From Rhodothermales bacterium (GTDB lineage: Bacteria; Bacteroidota; Rhodothermia; Rhodothermales; VXPQ01): a DNA stretch of 64,000 nucleotides. Where the stretch lies: assembly GCA_040904565.1 (NCBI GenBank), contig JBBDTI010000084.1, positions 1 through 64,000 on the forward strand, in the 5' to 3' direction. Below, piece after piece: positions 10,546 through 23,391 of the stretch. The notes under the pieces were generated by a model. It did no database searches. It was not told where the DNA came from and saw nothing but the letters and a program-made list of their open reading frames with translations. The position numbers were made by a program, and so were the translations under genes. How positions within the stretch are numbered: the stretch's first letter is position 1; each line of letters starts with the position of its first letter.

Positions 10546-10729
10546 AGATTGCGGGCGCATGTCCTTACCTCTCACGACATGGTATTAATCGTCATTGCTT
10601 CTCACGTAATTGCTTCTCGCCGTCGGGCTCCCTTAATTGAGGATTCCGTGAAGCCTCATCGACGCTCCTCACTCCAACTTGTCGCTCGACGTACCCCGTT
10701 TATATCAAGCTCGTCGCCTGGTGCGACGA

Positions 10730-13051
<2,322 letters not shown>

Positions 13052-13061
13052 TCCGTCGACC

Positions 13062-14501
13062 ATGGACGTATTACATCGTCTCAAGCAACAGGAGACCCGG
13101 CGCGAATTCCTGGTCCGTTCAGCCCAGGGGATCGGCACGATGGCGCTGGCCTCGCTGCTGAACGGATCGGGGTTTGCCCAGTCGGCCGGCAGGATGTCCG
13201 TGGACGACCGGTGGACGGGGGTCGTTAGCCCGCCGCACGTCGCGCCGCGAGCCAAGCGGATCATCTACCTCTATATGGCTGGCGGGCCGTCGCATCTCGA
13301 GACGTTCGATTACAAGCCGACGCTCGCCCGGATGCACGGCGAACCCATGCCGGCGTCGATCACGGAGGGTCAGCAGCTCGCGCAGCTGCAGGGACAGGCG
13401 CTCCGGTGCATGGGCCCGCAGGTCGACTTCCGCCGGCACGGCAAGTCGGGGCAGGAGATCTCCGACCTGTTTCCCCACATGGGCCAGATCGCCGACGATA
13501 TCTGCATCGTCCGGTCGATGCAGACGGAGCAGATCAATCACGATCCCGCCCACACGTTCATGAACACGGGCTCGATGATTCCCGGCCGGCCATCGATGGG
13601 ATCCTGGCTGCAATACGGACTCGGAAGCGAATCGGAGAATCTCCCGGGATTCGTGGTCATGACGTCGGAAGGGGGCGGTCAGGGCCAGCCCATCGCGGCG
13701 CGGCAGTGGCACAGTGGATTCCTGCCTGGACGGTTTCAGGGGGTCAAGTTCCAGTCGACCGGTGACCCGGTCAACTACGTCGAACTGCCCGACGGGGTGG
13801 ATTTCGAGCGGCAGCGCGAGCTGGTCGGCACGATCCGTCGCCTCAATGAGATGAAGCACGCGGCGGTCGACGATCCCGGCATCGAGACGCGGATCGCCCA
13901 GTACGAAATGGCCTTCAAGATGCAGTCCAGCGTACCGGAGCTGGTTGATTTCTCCGACGAGCCGGATCACATCAAGGACCTGTATGGCACCGAGGGTGCC
14001 GACGGTACGTTTGCGGCGAACTGCCTGCTGGCGCGCCGCCTGGCGGAGCGCGGCGTCCGGTTCATCCAGCTCTATCACCGCGGCTGGGACCACCACGGCG
14101 GCATCAAGGAGGCACTCCCCGAAGCGGCCCGGCTCGTAGACCAGGCCTCGGCGGCGCTGATCATCGACCTGAAACAGCGCGGCATGCTCGAAGATACGCT
14201 CGTCATCTGGGGCGGCGAGTTCGGCCGTACGCCGATGGCGCAGGGCTCCGGCAGGGATCACCACATCAAGGGGTTTTCGCTCTGGATGGCCGGCGGAGGC
14301 GTGCGCGGCGGGATGACGTACGGCAAGACGGACGACTTCGGCTTCGACGTCGTCGAGAACCCCGTCCACGTCCACGACCTCCACGCCACGATCCTGCACA
14401 TCATGGGGATCAATCACGAAAAGCTCACCTACCGCTACCAGGGCCGTGACTTCCGCCTTACCGACGTACACGGTCGGGTCGTCAACGACATCCTCGCCTG
14501 A
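13062..14501 (+). CDS. DUF1501 family (sulfatase-like fold) Tat-exported protein
   Basis: TRREFL Tat motif; GGPSHLETFDYKP, GWDHH, GEFGRTP, GRDH, DLHAT. Confidence 0.92.
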   Translation: MDVLHRLKQQETRREFLVRSAQGIGTMALASLLNGSGFAQSAGRMSVDDRWTGVVSPPHVAPRAKRIIYLYMAGGPSHLETFDYKPTLARMHGEPMPASITEGQQLAQLQGQALRCMGPQVDFRRHGKSGQEISDLFPHMGQIADDICIVRSMQTEQINHDPAHTFMNTGSMIPGRPSMGSWLQYGLGSESENLPGFVVMTSEGGGQGQPIAARQWHSGFLPGRFQGVKFQSTGDPVNYVELPDGVDFERQRELVGTIRRLNEMKHAAVDDPGIETRIAQYEMAFKMQSSVPELVDFSDEPDHIKDLYGTEGADGTFAANCLLARRLAERGVRFIQLYHRGWDHHGGIKEALPEAARLVDQASAALIIDLKQRGMLEDTLVIWGGEFGRTPMAQGSGRDHHIKGFSLWMAGGGVRGGMTYGKTDDFGFDVVENPVHVHDLHATILHIMGINHEKLTYRYQGRDFRLTDVHGRVVNDILA

Positions 14502-14555
14502 CCCCGATTTTCTTCCGGTTCCCCCGCATTCCCGTCTGATTCTCGCCGAAAGCAC

Positions 14556-15647
14556 ATGACTGAGCCTACCCGCCGCACCTTCCTGAAGTCTGCCGCCGCG
14601 CTCGCCGCAACCGCCGCCGGGGCCACCGGCCCGCTGACCGGGGCCGCGGCCGGACGCCGTCGGACCCCCGCCATCGTTACCCGCCCCGGATTATCCGACG
14701 ACGTGATCGGTCACGGCGAGTTTCGGTATCGGATCGAGGCGGACTGGTCCGATCTGGACGCGTCCGCCACCCCCGTGAAGAACTGTCATGAGATGGTGAT
14801 GGATCGACGCGGGCGCCTGATCATGGTGACAGACGAGACGAAGAATAACGTCATCGTTTTCGACAAAGACGGACGCCTGCTCGAGACGTGGGGCACGCGC
14901 TATCCGGGCGGCCACGGGCTCACGCTGTGGGACGCCGGCGGAGAGGAGGTTCTGTTTCTGGCAGACTTCGACCGGGGGATCGTCGATAAGACGACGCTCG
15001 ACGGGGAGGTCCTCCTCACGATCGAGCATCCCCACACCGTCGGGGCATACGCCGAGGGGATGGACTTCCGGCCGACGGAGACGGCGGTCGGACCCGACGG
15101 CGACATCTACGTGGCCGACGGCTACGGATCGCAGTTCATCCTCCAGTATTCGTCCGACGGCGAGTTCGTCCGCAAGTTCGGCGGGGCGGGTGACGGCGAC
15201 GCGCAGTTCTCGACGGCGCACGGCGTCGCGGTGGACGCCCGCGGCGACACGCCGACGCTCCTCTGCACCTCGCGCGGACACAATAGTTTCAAGCGGTTCA
15301 CGCTCGACGGGACGTATCTGGAAACCATCTTTTTGCCCGGAGCCTATGTATGCCGGGCCGTCATCGACGACGAGATGATCTACGCCGGCGTCTGCTGGTC
15401 GCGGCTCCGGTATCTGAACCAGACGCCCGAGTCGGGTTTCGTGACCGTGCTCGACGGCAGCGATCGGGTGGTTTCCAACCCCGGCGGCACCGAACCCGTC
15501 TACGAGGACGGCGAGCTGCAGCTCATGGTGCAGGCGGAGCCCTTCTTCAAGCATTGCCACGACGTATGCGTCGACGACGAGAAGAACCTCTACGTCTGCC
15601 AGTGGAATGCCGGCGGCACCTATCCGATCAAGCTGCACCGCGTGTAG
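14556..15647 (+). CDS. Tat-exported NHL-repeat beta-propeller (PAL/PAM-lyase-like)
   Basis: TRRTFLK; IYVADGYG, HGVAVD and HCHDVCVD repeats. Confidence 0.8.
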   Translation: MTEPTRRTFLKSAAALAATAAGATGPLTGAAAGRRRTPAIVTRPGLSDDVIGHGEFRYRIEADWSDLDASATPVKNCHEMVMDRRGRLIMVTDETKNNVIVFDKDGRLLETWGTRYPGGHGLTLWDAGGEEVLFLADFDRGIVDKTTLDGEVLLTIEHPHTVGAYAEGMDFRPTETAVGPDGDIYVADGYGSQFILQYSSDGEFVRKFGGAGDGDAQFSTAHGVAVDARGDTPTLLCTSRGHNSFKRFTLDGTYLETIFLPGAYVCRAVIDDEMIYAGVCWSRLRYLNQTPESGFVTVLDGSDRVVSNPGGTEPVYEDGELQLMVQAEPFFKHCHDVCVDDEKNLYVCQWNAGGTYPIKLHRV

Positions 15648-15651
15648 CATT

Positions 15652-17178
15652 ATGAGAATGAGTAAGAAAGGATGGATCGCGGGCGGCGCGCTGCTCTTCG
15701 GCGTGCTGCTCGTCCTGCTCGCGGGCGTCGAGCGCGGCAGCGCACCGGGTTTCGTGCTGTTTCTGGGTCGATTCCACCCGACGCTCGTGCATTTCCCCAT
15801 CGCCCTGCTGCTCTTCGGTGCCGCCATCGAGCTGCTGGCGCCGCGATGGCCGGCGGCCGAGCGACTTCGATCAGCCGTGCCCGTTCTGCTGGCGGTAGGC
15901 GGACTCACGGCGCTGGCTGCTGCTGTCGTCGGATACCTGCTCTCTCTCGGCGGCGGCTACGCCGAGCAGTCGCTCTCCCGGCATTTCTGGCTCGGCATCA
16001 CCGTGACCGTCCTGTCGTTTCTCCTGGCGCTGGTTTCGGCGTGGACGGTCCGACCGGGACGCGTCTATCGGGGGATGGTGGGGGCGTTCGCCGTCCTGGT
16101 CGTGCTCGCCGGCCATTTCGGCGGCACCCTGGCGCGCGGCAGCGGCTATCTCACCTACTATCTTCCCGAACCGATCAGGACGCTCGTCGGCTTGGAAGGA
16201 GGCGCGCGCGGCGGACTGATAGCGGACGTCGACTCTGCCCGCGTCTATGACGATCTCGTGCAGCCCATTCTGGATCGCAACTGTATCGACTGCCACGGAT
16301 CGAGCAAGTCGGAAGGCGACCTTCGCCTGCATACCCGCGAGGGCATTGAGGAGGGCGGGCGTGATGGCCCGGCCTACGTCGCCGGCCTTCCGGCACAGAG
16401 CGAAATGGTCCGCCGCATCACGCTGCCTCCCTACGACGAGGATGCCATGCCGCCGGACGGCGGGCCGCCTCTCGACGTAGGTGAGACGGAGGTGATCCGA
16501 TGGTGGATCGCCAATGGGGCCTCCTTCGACCAGCGCGTCGCCGAAATCGAGGAGACCCCGACCGCCGTATCGACCTATCTCGCGCGCGTCTCCCAGCCAC
16601 GAACGCCGCGTCGCTCGGGCATCTACGCGCTCGACGTGCCCGAAGCGGACACGCTCCTCGTCGCGCAGCTGGAAGAAACCGGAGTCCTCATTCAGCGAAT
16701 CGATCCCGTAGCTCCCTTTCTGCGGGTGAGCGCGACGAGCGTGCGCGATGCGTTCGGCGACGCGGAGATGGAGGCTCTTCGTCCAATCGCCGAGCAGATC
16801 GCCGTGCTGGACGTCGGACATTCGAGCGTGACGAGCGAGGGGGCTGCCGTGCTGTCGGAGATGCCGCACCTGACGCACGTCCACCTCGAAGGTACCGGGA
16901 TCGACGACACCGCTCTCGAGCACGTTCGTGCCCACGAATACCTCGAATATCTGAATCTGTACGCCACGGCCGTGACGGATGGCGGACTCGCGCACGTCGC
17001 CGAACTTCCGGCCCTTCGATCGCTGTATCTGTGGCAGACGAACGTGACGGATGAGGGAGCGGGGCGGCTGCAAGACGAACGCCCTTCGGTCGAGGTAAAT
17101 CTGGGCGGTACGCTCACCATAGCACCGATCAATCCGCCAACAAATGCGCCGTCCGATACGACGGAGGCCGGGCCATGA
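15652..17178 (+). CDS. DUF2231-like membrane domain + planctomycete cytochrome c + leucine-rich repeats
   Basis: GRFHPTLVHFPIALL, GHFGGTL, CIDCHG...MPP, C-terminal LRRs (LEYLNLY, LRSLYLWQT). Confidence 0.85.
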   Translation: MRMSKKGWIAGGALLFGVLLVLLAGVERGSAPGFVLFLGRFHPTLVHFPIALLLFGAAIELLAPRWPAAERLRSAVPVLLAVGGLTALAAAVVGYLLSLGGGYAEQSLSRHFWLGITVTVLSFLLALVSAWTVRPGRVYRGMVGAFAVLVVLAGHFGGTLARGSGYLTYYLPEPIRTLVGLEGGARGGLIADVDSARVYDDLVQPILDRNCIDCHGSSKSEGDLRLHTREGIEEGGRDGPAYVAGLPAQSEMVRRITLPPYDEDAMPPDGGPPLDVGETEVIRWWIANGASFDQRVAEIEETPTAVSTYLARVSQPRTPRRSGIYALDVPEADTLLVAQLEETGVLIQRIDPVAPFLRVSATSVRDAFGDAEMEALRPIAEQIAVLDVGHSSVTSEGAAVLSEMPHLTHVHLEGTGIDDTALEHVRAHEYLEYLNLYATAVTDGGLAHVAELPALRSLYLWQTNVTDEGAGRLQDERPSVEVNLGGTLTIAPINPPTNAPSDTTEAGP

Positions 17179-19214
17179 GCCGACGTTCGAGACGCTCTTC
17201 TTCCGCCGGCACACGTCGCGCTCGTGCGGGACGGGCCGCCGTTCTGCCGGCCGATCTCCTTCTGCCGGCCGGTCTCCTTCTGCCGGCCTGTTTCCTCCTC
17301 CTGGCGGGCCTACTTCTCCTGGTGCCGGGATGCTCGCCCGCGGGCGAGCGCATCGAAACCGGAACGGACCATGCTCCGGCGCCCACCTTCGAGCTGATCG
17401 ATCGCGCCGGCGGACAGGCGGGACGCACGGAGGCCGTAGACGTGGACGGCACGTGGGCCGCCTTCGGGAGGGGCAGCGACGTCGTCCTGGCTGACGTTTC
17501 CGATCCTACGGTCCCTAGAGAAGTGATTGCCGTCACGCTGCCCGGTAGGGTACGAGATGTCAAACTCGCTGGTGGCAGGGTGTTCGCGGCGGCGGATTCG
17601 GCCGGACTCTACGTCGTGGACGTCGATGCCGGAGAGGTGGTCGCCGCGTTGCGCTTCGACGAGCCGGTCTACGGCGTTCACGTTCAGGGCGACCTCGCGT
17701 ACGTCGCCGCGCGCTCGGCCGGACTCCGCGTCGTGGATGCGTCGGCGACCTCGTCGCCACCATCACTGCAGGAGGTGGGCCATCTCATCACGCCGGATGA
17801 GGCGGTCGACGTCGTCGTGCGCGGTGACTTCGCGTACGTAGCGGCCTGGTATGAAAGCTTTCGGGTCATTGACGTGTCGGACCCGACCGAACCGGTCGGT
17901 GTCAGCTTCGCCGGCTACGACAGCTACAATCACGGCGCCGTGTGGGGAATCGCCGTGGATGGCGACCTCGGCCTGGCGGCCATTCCCGAGAAGGGGATCC
18001 GCGTGATAGACGTGTCGGTGCCCAGAGATGTCACCAATCACGCGATGTACAGGGGCTTTGCCTCCCCCGCCGCCGCGGCGCTCGACGGCCGCACGGCCTT
18101 CGTGGCCGACCAGGATGCCGGACTGCGGGTGCTGGATCTCACGGATCCGCAGCAGCCCGTAGAGATCGGCTCCATCGATCTTCCAGGGCGTGTTCTGGAC
18201 GTAGATGTTGCTGACGGGATCGCGTACGTCGCAGCCGGTGCAGCCGGACTCCGGCTGGTGGACGTTTCGACGCCGAACGCGCCGCGCCTGCTTGGAGCGC
18301 TGGACGCCGGCGACGCTATCGTCGACGTGGTCGGCGTCGGGGAAACCCTCCTGGCCGTCGGGAGCGAGAACGCCGTCTACCGCTACGATGGGGGCGGACG
18401 CCTCACGCGGCACATCGACGGCCCCGCCCGCCGTATGGCGCAGAACGGAGGCCGCGTCGTTACGGCGTCGGACACCGACGTACGCCTGTTCGACGAAGGA
18501 CGGCTTCGGAGTCGCCTGTCCGGCGCGGCGCACGGCGTTGACCTGCATGGACCTCCTGGCAGCGAGCGGATGGCCGTCGCGGGACCGCTGGGTCTCCAGC
18601 TGCTGGACGTGGCTTCGAACGGCACGCTTCGCCGGCAGTCGGCGTACAAACCCGATTGGAAGGAGTCGGTCGGCCATTTGAGCAGAACGCCGCCGGCGGC
18701 GTGGGACGTGGTGCTCACCGACCGCGTGGCTTATGCCGCGTTCGACGACGGCATCCACGTACTCGATGTCATGGATGCGTCCGCGCCGACAGCGACGCGC
18801 GTGTACACCCCGGAGCGCGTTTATCGGCTTCTGGTCGGCGCCGGCGATCGTCTTTTCGCGGCATGCGACGACGGGCTTCGCATATACGACGTCTCCGATC
18901 CGATGAGACCGGTCGAAACGGCTTTCGTAAAGACGCCGTCGTTTGCCACGGCATTGCACAGCGACGGCAGCGATGTCTTCGTCGGAGACCTGAGCGGATA
19001 CGTCACCGTCGTGCGTGCGGAGGACGGAGCACGCCGCGGTTCGTGGCACGTCGCCGACCGTATTTTCGGATTGGCGGCGGCGGGAGGTGATCTGGCCGTG
19101 GCGACCGGCCCGCAGGGGCTGCACGTCGTGTCGCTGGAAGATCCAGGCGATCCTACCGAGACTCCGTCCGGTACGCCGATAAACGAATCGATAGACGAAC
19201 CGACGAACGAATGA
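17175..19214 (+). CDS. LVIVD-repeat beta-propeller, probable lipoprotein
   Basis: Repeated AYVA....GLRVVD.S.P units; VPGC lipobox. Confidence 0.85.
   Translation: MSRRSRRSSSAGTRRARAGRAAVLPADLLLPAGLLLPACFLLLAGLLLLVPGCSPAGERIETGTDHAPAPTFELIDRAGGQAGRTEAVDVDGTWAAFGRGSDVVLADVSDPTVPREVIAVTLPGRVRDVKLAGGRVFAAADSAGLYVVDVDAGEVVAALRFDEPVYGVHVQGDLAYVAARSAGLRVVDASATSSPPSLQEVGHLITPDEAVDVVVRGDFAYVAAWYESFRVIDVSDPTEPVGVSFAGYDSYNHGAVWGIAVDGDLGLAAIPEKGIRVIDVSVPRDVTNHAMYRGFASPAAAALDGRTAFVADQDAGLRVLDLTDPQQPVEIGSIDLPGRVLDVDVADGIAYVAAGAAGLRLVDVSTPNAPRLLGALDAGDAIVDVVGVGETLLAVGSENAVYRYDGGGRLTRHIDGPARRMAQNGGRVVTASDTDVRLFDEGRLRSRLSGAAHGVDLHGPPGSERMAVAGPLGLQLLDVASNGTLRRQSAYKPDWKESVGHLSRTPPAAWDVVLTDRVAYAAFDDGIHVLDVMDASAPTATRVYTPERVYRLLVGAGDRLFAACDDGLRIYDVSDPMRPVETAFVKTPSFATALHSDGSDVFVGDLSGYVTVVRAEDGARRGSWHVADRIFGLAAAGGDLAVATGPQGLHVVSLEDPGDPTETPSGTPINESIDEPTNE
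17242..17295 (+). repeat. 3 x 18-bp tandem repeat in the signal-peptide region
   Basis: TTCTGCCGGCCGATCTCC / TTCTGCCGGCCGGTCTCC / TTCTGCCGGCCTGTTTCC. Confidence 0.85.
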
Positions 19215-19230
19215 CCATCACGCTTTGACG

Positions 19231-20001
19231 ATGCCCGATTCGACAGCCGGCCTTCGAGACGCCCTGATATCCCTATCGGCAGACCTTGCGGCTTTTCACG
19301 ACATGGCGATTGCCGGGGAGGGCAACGTATCGGGGGCGCTGAGCGACGGCCGTTTTCTGGTCAAGGCCAGCGGAACCGACCTAGGTCATTTGAAGCCGGA
19401 GCACCTCGTCGAAGTGCACGCGGCCCCGCTGCTCGACGCCATGTCCGGCAGCGAGGCCCTGAGCGATGCGGAAATTGAGTCCCTGCTTCTCGAGGCCCGG
19501 GTCGACGACGAGGCCCTGAAGCCGTCCGTCGAGAGCCTCTTCCACGCCTGGCTCCTGCAACTCGAGGGAGTCGGCGTGGTCGGACACACGCATCCGATGG
19601 CCGTGAACGCACTCCTTTGCTCGACGCGCGCGCAGGCCTATGCGTCGCGACGCCTTTTTCCCGACCAGGTCGTTTACTGCGGCCCGGAATCGGTCGTGGT
19701 ACCGTACGTCGACCCCGGACTCGTGCTGGCCCAGGAGATCGCGAGACTGGTGGAGGCCTATCGCGAGCGGTCGGGCATCCAGCCGAAACTCATTCTGATC
19801 GAAAACCACGGCGCCATTGCACTGGGCAGGACGGAGACAGACGTCCGGGCGGCCATGATGATGGCGGAGAAATCCGCCCGCGTGTTCATCGACGCTTCCA
19901 CGTTGGGCGGGCCCGTCTTTATGACGCCCGATCAGGTGGCGCGCATCGACGGCCGAATCGACGAGCACTATCGCCAGCGCATGCTGCACGACGCGCGATA
20001 G
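19231..20001 (+). CDS. Class II aldolase/adducin family protein
   Basis: GEGNVS, KASG, KPSVE..FH, HTH, ENHG metal-binding motifs. Confidence 0.88.
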   Translation: MPDSTAGLRDALISLSADLAAFHDMAIAGEGNVSGALSDGRFLVKASGTDLGHLKPEHLVEVHAAPLLDAMSGSEALSDAEIESLLLEARVDDEALKPSVESLFHAWLLQLEGVGVVGHTHPMAVNALLCSTRAQAYASRRLFPDQVVYCGPESVVVPYVDPGLVLAQEIARLVEAYRERSGIQPKLILIENHGAIALGRTETDVRAAMMMAEKSARVFIDASTLGGPVFMTPDQVARIDGRIDEHYRQRMLHDAR

Positions 20002-20063
20002 CGTGGGGGTTCGTCGTTATGCTAAACCTGGTTTCCAGGTATCCTGAAAGGTAGATTCCGACG

Positions 20064-20615
20064 ATGACCGAGCGAGAAAAGATGCTGAGCGGCGCGATGT
20101 ACGATGCGGCGGACCCGGAACTGGCGGCCGCCCGGCGCCGCGGCCGTGATCTGGTCTACCGGCTCAATCATAGCGAGGATCGCGAGAAAGGGCTGCGGCG
20201 GGACGTATTCGAGAAGCTTTTCGGCGCGCACGGTGAAGAGCTGTGGATCGAACCGCCGTTCTACTGCGATTACGGCTCAAATATCTCCCTGGGGGATCGC
20301 GTGTACTTCAACTTCAACTGCGTCGTACTCGACCCGGCCGAGGTCGTCGTCGGTGACGACGTACTGTTCGGTCCGGCCGCTCAGATCTACACGGCGACAC
20401 ACCCGCTCTCGGCCAAGGAGCGAAGCACGCGGAAGGAGTCGGCACGACCCGTCTGCATCGAATCCGGCGTTTGGATCGGCGGGGGTGCGATCCTTCTGCC
20501 GGGCGTGACGATCGGTGAGGGCAGCGTCATCGGAGCCGGCGCCGTGGTGACGAAGGACGTACCTGCCGGCGTCTTCGCGGCGGGCAATCCGTGCCGCGTC
20601 ATCCGGGAGGTGTGA
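20064..20615 (+). CDS. maa: Sugar (maltose/galactoside) O-acetyltransferase
   Basis: MTEREKMLSG, PPFYCDYG, hexapeptide repeats, GNPCRVIR. Confidence 0.88.
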   Translation: MTEREKMLSGAMYDAADPELAAARRRGRDLVYRLNHSEDREKGLRRDVFEKLFGAHGEELWIEPPFYCDYGSNISLGDRVYFNFNCVVLDPAEVVVGDDVLFGPAAQIYTATHPLSAKERSTRKESARPVCIESGVWIGGGAILLPGVTIGEGSVIGAGAVVTKDVPAGVFAAGNPCRVIREV

Positions 20616-20732
20616 TGGCGCACCGTACACAAGGTGCTCGAAATGATCGATCGCTGAACGTCCCACTACCCGAGCGACGCACCCTGAATTTCACGAACGT
20701 TCGTACCTGCAATCCATTAACTACGAAGCATC

Positions 20733-21125
20733 ATGCGCGCACACGTATCGTTTTTTCTTCTGACACTTCTCTTCATTACCGCCGGATGTGCCGGTTCGCG
20801 TTCCGCCGTAGCGCCCCATCCCATGGAAGGGGAATGGAGCTATGAGGTCCACGCCGACGACGGCGTCTACGAAGGGGTTCTCGCATTTACGGCTATGGAA
20901 GACGGCCTGACCGGTACGATTACCGGAGAGGGAACGGAGGGCGTCACCGAACTGATGGACGTGGCGTACGACGATGCGCGGCTCTCCTTCGAGTTCGAGT
21001 CGAACGAATACGGACTTCTCGTCGCCGACGTGAACGTCGCCGGCGATACGTTCTCGGGCGACCTCAACGTGGCGTCTTATGGAACCGTGGTGCCGATGAA
21101 CGGCGCGCGGATTTCCGAAGACTGA
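20733..21125 (+). CDS. Hypothetical lipoprotein, small beta-rich protein
   Basis: TAGC lipobox; acidic and beta-strand rich. Confidence 0.7.
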   Translation: MRAHVSFFLLTLLFITAGCAGSRSAVAPHPMEGEWSYEVHADDGVYEGVLAFTAMEDGLTGTITGEGTEGVTELMDVAYDDARLSFEFESNEYGLLVADVNVAGDTFSGDLNVASYGTVVPMNGARISED

Positions 21126-21244
21126 AGCTACTCGATGCACGTTCTAAATACGACCAAGATTCCAGTCATACGCAACCTAGTCGGCTCATCATAGTATCGT
21201 TTTCAACACCAACTAAAACCAGCAACGAGTGCAACCGTTCTTAG

Positions 21245-21565
21245 ATGAGCGCCAACAAGAAATTTCAGGCTGAAGTCGTGTCAACGGATGAAGCACACGC
21301 CAATCTTTCCGAATTACGGTCTCGATCCGGTTCGCGATACAGTTCCAAATTCGATCCGCTCAAGCAGCACATTCAATGGCTCGAGCGGGGCATGGCACTG
21401 AAGATTGACGAGATGGAACGAAGCGACGTAGCCAATCTTCGCAGCTATATCGATCGTAACGTGCAGCCCGTAGGGAAGGGACTGACCTACGTTGTACGAT
21501 CGAGTCGTATTCGAGAGGATGGCTCGAAGTACCGCGTATTCGTCTTCTTGACGAAGAAGGAATAG
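21245..21565 (+). CDS. Small hypothetical cytoplasmic protein
   Basis: Clean 106-aa ORF with no competing frame; locally lower GC. Confidence 0.7.
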   Translation: MSANKKFQAEVVSTDEAHANLSELRSRSGSRYSSKFDPLKQHIQWLERGMALKIDEMERSDVANLRSYIDRNVQPVGKGLTYVVRSSRIREDGSKYRVFVFLTKKE

Positions 21566-21587
21566 CGCGGCGAGGTCCGCGGCGGAC

Positions 21588-22688
21588 TCACCGCACGGGC
21601 CTGTACTCCCGCGGTACGTCGTCAGCCACGCGCTCGAAGGCCAGATAGCCGAACTGCGTGACGCCGTAGGGATCTGCGACGTCTCCCTTCAGGTCGACGA
21701 CCGTCGGCCCGTTCTCCAGCAGCAGCATCGACGTACGGTATTTGGCACGTCCGCGCTCGCCGCGCCACGCCAGGTAGGCCTCGTCCTCGGTCTCTTGGGT
21801 GTATACGATTTCCAGAAAGCCCTGTACGTCCAGGATGCGTTCCTGGGGGTCGTCACTCGCTTTGAGAATCTCGTCCCGGTCGATCGGGAAGCGGCCGTTG
21901 CCCGGCGTCGGCATGGCGGCGACCCCTCCTCTCGAAGCCGGACGCTGAAAGATCATGAACCCTTCTTCTTCGACCCGATCGTCGAGCAGTGCCAGCAGGA
22001 AATGGCGGAGCGAGCCGTTGAAGGCGTCGTCGCGGTTGCGCTTCCAGTGGGCGGCCTCCTCCGGTGTCGATGGCCGCATTTCCTCGAACAGCGGCTCCCC
22101 GTCGTAGCTCGTTCGGGTACCCGTGGCTTCAAACTCCTTGAGGAAGTACTGGATGCGGTAGCCGAGCGCCCGGTTCTCGATGACCAGGGTTTCCGCCGCA
22201 CGGGCCGTGAACCGTCCCACGCGATCCGTAAAGTCGAGCACCTCCGGGTTCACGATCTCCGTCTGTGCGGCGAAGGGCGTCTCGCCGATAAACAGACGGA
22301 TAAACTTCTCGAGGCGCCGTTCCCAGCGGGCGTCACGTTCCGCGACGACCTCCACCTCGCCGAGCTCCGTGACGGACGGCTGGAGCTCGAAGTCGTACGT
22401 ATGCTCTCCCGGCCTGCGGATGAACAGATCCATGGCCTGAGGCTCGTAACCGACCACCGAGACGTACAGGCGGAGCGACCCGAGCGCTACCCCGTTTAGT
22501 CGGTAGGCGCCGACTTCGGACGTGATGGAGCCGTTCATCGATTCGGCGATGAACACGTGGGCGTCCGAGATGCCTTCACCGGTTTCCGCATCGGTAACCG
22601 TGCCGGAGACAATGGCCTGACCTGCAGCCGTTCCTACAGGGAGCAGTAGCGCCAGGACGAGAAAAAAGAATGGGATCGATCGCTGCAT
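21588..22688 (-). CDS. Secreted carboxypeptidase-like regulatory domain protein
   Basis: Signal peptide; SGTVTDAETGE....AHVFI...VSVVGYE; start moved to ATG 22688. Confidence 0.82.
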   Translation of the reverse strand: MQRSIPFFFLVLALLLPVGTAAGQAIVSGTVTDAETGEGISDAHVFIAESMNGSITSEVGAYRLNGVALGSLRLYVSVVGYEPQAMDLFIRRPGEHTYDFELQPSVTELGEVEVVAERDARWERRLEKFIRLFIGETPFAAQTEIVNPEVLDFTDRVGRFTARAAETLVIENRALGYRIQYFLKEFEATGTRTSYDGEPLFEEMRPSTPEEAAHWKRNRDDAFNGSLRHFLLALLDDRVEEEGFMIFQRPASRGGVAAMPTPGNGRFPIDRDEILKASDDPQERILDVQGFLEIVYTQETEDEAYLAWRGERGRAKYRTSMLLLENGPTVVDLKGDVADPYGVTQFGYLAFERVADDVPREYRPVR

Positions 22689-22991
22689 GGTCGAGGCGTT
22701 GATCTGCTTGAGAGGCCGGGTATTCGTTTGGGCGGGGTCGGGCCCGCGGCGAAGACGCATGGTGCCAGTCGATACCTTCTCGGAATCATCTATCTCCTAA
22801 TCCCGGCCACGTGATCGGATCCCTATCCGCCTGCGAGAATTGCCCGCCGGGCGAGTAGGGTGCACGCTATCATGACAGTGCTCGGCGGTACGTACCAGAC
22901 ATCGAACGACAACGCGACCGCTCCTCGCGCGTATATCCGATCGACAGCGTCAGAAGCGGCAATTATGAATCCACATTTCATTCCCCCAGCT

Positions 22992-23267
22992 ATGAGTGAC
23001 ATCACAAGGAAAGATATTACCAGGAAAGATATCGAAGCGCGCGGCGTGAGCGGGCTCACCGTTCGCGTCGAACGGCCGGTCTGCATCGGAAGCGAGAACT
23101 GCGTCAGCCTCGCTCCTGAGGTCTTCGTGTTAGGGGACGATCAGGTCGTGACTTTCGTCGACGACGTGCAAGACATCGATCGCGAGCGCTTGCTGGAAGC
23201 GTGTCGCATCTGTCCGGTCGATGCCCTTGTGGTCACCGGGCCAGACGGCGAGCAGATCGTGCCGTGA
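22992..23267 (+). CDS. Single-cluster ferredoxin, probably [3Fe-4S]
   Basis: CIGSENC...APEVF...CPVDAL; second Cys of CxxCxxC replaced by Ser. Confidence 0.85.
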   Translation: MSDITRKDITRKDIEARGVSGLTVRVERPVCIGSENCVSLAPEVFVLGDDQVVTFVDDVQDIDRERLLEACRICPVDALVVTGPDGEQIVP

Positions 23268-23391
23268 CGAGCCATTGTCGTAGGAACAGCATGATCGACA
23301 TACATGCTGATTCCGGAGAGAAGGATGAATCGGATTCGGCACGCGGGTCGCACCTGGTTGGCCGATGGAAGTGCCGCTGACAGGGCTGGAC

